Shown piece by piece: positions 60,901-64,000 of a DNA stretch of 64,000 bases (position 1 is its first letter; each line of letters opens with the position of its first letter). Under the pieces are notes generated by a model. It searched no databases. It had not been told where the DNA came from and saw nothing but the letters and a program-made list of their open reading frames with translations. A program made the position numbers and the translations under genes. Origin of the DNA: Geosiphon pyriformis uo1 (taxonomy: Eukaryota > Fungi > Glomeromycota). Where the stretch lies: the NCBI GenBank assembly GCA_016748015.1, contig JAAOMT010000441.1, positions 372,001 through 436,000 of the forward strand, read 5' to 3'.

Positions 60901-61992
60901 TCGCTAACGGGAACCCTGCCTATAGCAAAGTAACGACTCTGAAATTCATTAATGAAGAACAGGTCTCAATATTACTCACAGGATCAAGTAAGATTCTTTA
61001 CTTTGGTATCAAACAACCATTTTTCACTTACCCGAAGTTAACCTCCTTATTTTGAGATTAGGCGATGGGATAGTACGTCTATTTCGTAATTATGATCAGC
61101 CAACAGCAACTGAATTAATCACATCATGGCGTGCCTTACCTGACATTTTACCAAATAGTCCCCGAGTTGGACTTGTCGCCGAGTGGCAACAACAGAGAGG
61201 TACATTATTGGTCGGGGGAGATGTTAAAAGCATCAGAGTTTGGGACGCTCCGCGAGAAATCAAGTTGAGTGTAAGTTGGCGCAGACCTTTTGAGATTAAA
61301 TATTTTCATTCATTATTAATAAGAATTTTACCGTATGATTAGTTTAACCTGACGTATGATCATTCATTATATTCCTGAAATCCTATCATTTCATATTAAA
61401 GGAAATTCCGACTCGCACTGGAAGTCCAATCACTAGCGTGACAAGTGATGGGGCCGAAGTATTCGTAGCTGGCTTCGGAGATGGTGCTTTACGTGCCTAT
61501 GATCGTCGACTACCACCTAGGGATGCGATGGTGATGGTTTGTAAAGAGCACAAGGCTGCTATCACAAAGGTTGTTTGGCAACGAGGCTCGTTACACGAGC
61601 TAATTTCTGGTTGTAAGTCGGGTGAAATTAAGCTGTGGGATCTGCGACAAAAGAAGACTAAATTCGAGATATCCAATGGAGGGTCGGGAGCTAATAGTGA
61701 AATGAATTGTATTGATGTTCACCATTTCTCGAATGTTTTGGCAAGGTAAATAAATCTCTTTTTTTCGTGACTTTTCATCAATTCCTAAGCTGAACTTTCT
61801 TTTATTTTTAGTGCTTATAGCAATCAATCTATCAAGGTTTGGAACACATCTGGTGTTCAGCTTACGTCAACGCGGTACAGCACTGGCTTCTTGGGTTGGG
61901 GCGCGCAGGTGACTTCAATGGCTCTCGCTGGTCATCACTTGGTGATGGCAGTAGGCGCTACTGACAATTATTTATCTTTGTATGGAATTTAA
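57976..61992 (+). CDS. KOG1: TORC1 subunit Raptor/Kog1; exons 57976-60369, 60454-60562, 60670-60787, 60863-60987, 61062-61270, 61402-61745, 61812-61992
   Basis: RNC domain (DWRMRERLKT..LCLNIGVDPPD, FHYNGHGVP), HEAT repeats (DPVPEVRAA), WD40 exons (DGIVR, IRVWDA, GFGDG, IKLWD, IKVWN); all introns GT-AG and in frame; alternative in-frame ATG at 57892. Confidence 0.97.
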
Positions 61993-62754
61993 TTTTCTAA
62001 AGCGTTATTTATAGTTAACTCATTTTTTTAGAATATTTAATATTATAATTTATCTAGCGAAAATTAACTATAGATATTACAAAATATATCGATGCTATCA
62101 AATTGACTCGTCAAGAAATCAAAAGGACCCTACTATTGGTTATTTTCCGATCGGCGATAAGTCAAGAAAATTATCTTTTATATTTATCAAGTGGAGTTTC
62201 TCCTTGAGGGTTTTGAGTGAATTATACCCACAGCTTAAAAGGCGAACTTTAGACTAGTTGGAATCTATGCAGCATCCGAGAATATCCTAATTTCTTAAAA
62301 AAATCCTCTTACCTATTCTGGCTACCTCGGTTTCTCACGAAAATCCCTGATTTGCGAGCAAAATTTTACACCTCAAGTTTCCGAGATGGAGTAGTTTGCC
62401 ACCGTTTACCACACTTACGCATTGACCTTCTCTAAAGCCGATGAATTGGCTTTTTATTCGCACCTGTCCAATAGAGTTACATAACTCGTTATTTCGACAT
62501 AGATAATTCAATCTAATGCTAATGGATCACTTATCAAAATCTCTAGATTATTCGAATGGTTCAAACAAATCATTCAAAAATAATACTGATGGGCTTAAAC
62601 AATCGTCGTGCATATGCCAGCTTTTCACGGACTTGCTGTTTTTGACATAAATTTCTATTGGTTTGTTCTTTACTCGTTGGTTTCCTTGAGCATATAATAC
62701 AACTTTTGCTTAAGAATTACCTGAGAATTCCCAAAACAGTTTGTTTCTTTGGCC

Positions 62755-64000
62755 ATGAGTGACGGGCGTTCAGTGTCGCTGCAATCTTCAGGTACCATGA
62801 TACTTAAATTTAGAGATTGAACGTACGTATTTGGAGGGCGACCTTTGAGTTTTCCAATTTAGTAGGGACAACTTCAGCAGAAGAGTTGGCCGAAAAGTAT
62901 CAGAAGCTTTTTCAAGATTTTTCAAAGTAAATTTTCCAAATTTTCTGTCAAGTTCAGTTGCCTCCGTGTCTAAATTTAACATCGTTATCCTTTATTTTGT
63001 CCCCTCAACATATCAATGCGAGCAGGATAAAGGCACAGCAAACTGTCTTGAAGAAAGCGGTCATCAAGGTGAGAGGGGAGCTGAACCTCAGTTTCGTCGG
63101 GCGAGTCACGCGTTTCAAACTATTTCTCACATTTAGAAATTGATATATCTCAACAGGAACAAGCCACTAATTCATCGCTACAGGAAGAATTGAAAACAAA
63201 AGAACACGAGTTACGAACGGTAATTTTTGATAACTGGTAGTTCAACATGTCACATTTTAACCTTAATATTAAATTATTGACTCGAATAAATCTTTTGATT
63301 ACATAATTAGTCTTTGCAGCAACTTGATCTCTTAACTTTTCACAATCAACGACTCACCAAACGTATTGAAAGCCTTCAAGATTCGGGAAATGCAGTAAAT
63401 TCAAATTTTGGATCAATTTTTTATTACCTCAATAAATTCAATGATTTGATTTGATTTGCTTCTCTTAAATATAGCGCTTGGCTCCCGGTTGGTTGTTGGG
63501 CTCAACGAAAAAAGAACTTGAAAAGTCAAAATCTATTCTAGAAGCTAATACTAAAGAATTACAAAGCAAAATCGAAGAGAATGGTAAATGGCAGTTAATT
63601 TAATATTTTTTGATGATTAAAAATCTCTAATTTAGACCTCCCTTCTTCAGAACAGCTGCATAAAGATATATACGAGGCCAAAGGTCTCTACAATAACCAT
63701 GTGAACATGTTGCAAACAAAATTGTCAGAATTAGAGAAAAAAACAGAAGACCTCCAGGTATTATTTTATCGAGTACAACTTTTTTTCTATCTTAATTTAC
63801 GATTTTTGGCTATAGGTAGAATTAACAAGGTCACATCTTGCTGGGGAAGAGGCATTAAATATTGTTCGAGATGAAAAGCGTCGCTTTGAACTTGAACTTG
63901 AACAGACGAGAGCAGAGCTCCAACAGTAAGTTCTCAACTCTATATAACAGATTTCTATTGTGCTACATTCCTTAACTTTCACATCTTCCTTAGAACTAAA
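62755..64000 (+). CDS. PPP1R21: PPP1R21 / FERRY Fy-2-like KLRAQ-domain coiled-coil protein, multi-exon, truncated by the window end
   Basis: Spliced N-terminus ELAEKYQKLFQDFSKIKAQQTVLKKAVIKEQATNSSLQEELKTKEHELRTSLQQLDLLTFHNQRLTKRIESLQD matches the KLRAQ domain pattern (KYQKL...SKLRAQN.VLKK.V..EQ...LTF.N..L.KR.E.LQ). Confidence 0.85.

Overview
AT-rich eukaryotic (fungal) genomic window. Intron style, gene content and transposon families point to an early-diverging fungus, probably Glomeromycotina/Mucoromycota; this is inference. About 75% of the window is transposon DNA at different stages of C>T/G>A decay. The left half is a three-level nest: a full-length APE-RT-RNaseH LINE (1322-27870, - strand) is split by Ty3/Gypsy element A (4075-23866, TSD ATGG), which is itself split inside its integrase by Gypsy element B (6055-15940, TSD ATGT). 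A and B have unrelated LTRs but share an unusual plan: gag, protease, Cys-rich multi-zinc domain, dUTPase, RT, RNaseH, stop; then a separately initiated integrase ORF; then a non-env third ORF. Further LINE copies (42485-46912 +, 47965-54860 -), LINE 3' remnants, two more LTRs and nearly C/G-free deserts surround two gene islands. Island 1 (33.7-41.9 kb) has a TnpB/Fanzor2-like RuvC-zinc-finger fragment followed by a GC-rich structured segment, a membrane-anchored GH17 glucanase, a 1-Cys peroxiredoxin, an Hv1 proton channel and an orphan gene. Island 2 (57.7-64 kb) has KOG1/Raptor and a PPP1R21 (KLRAQ domain) homologue that runs off the window. All alignments and counts were done by eye; no searches were run.
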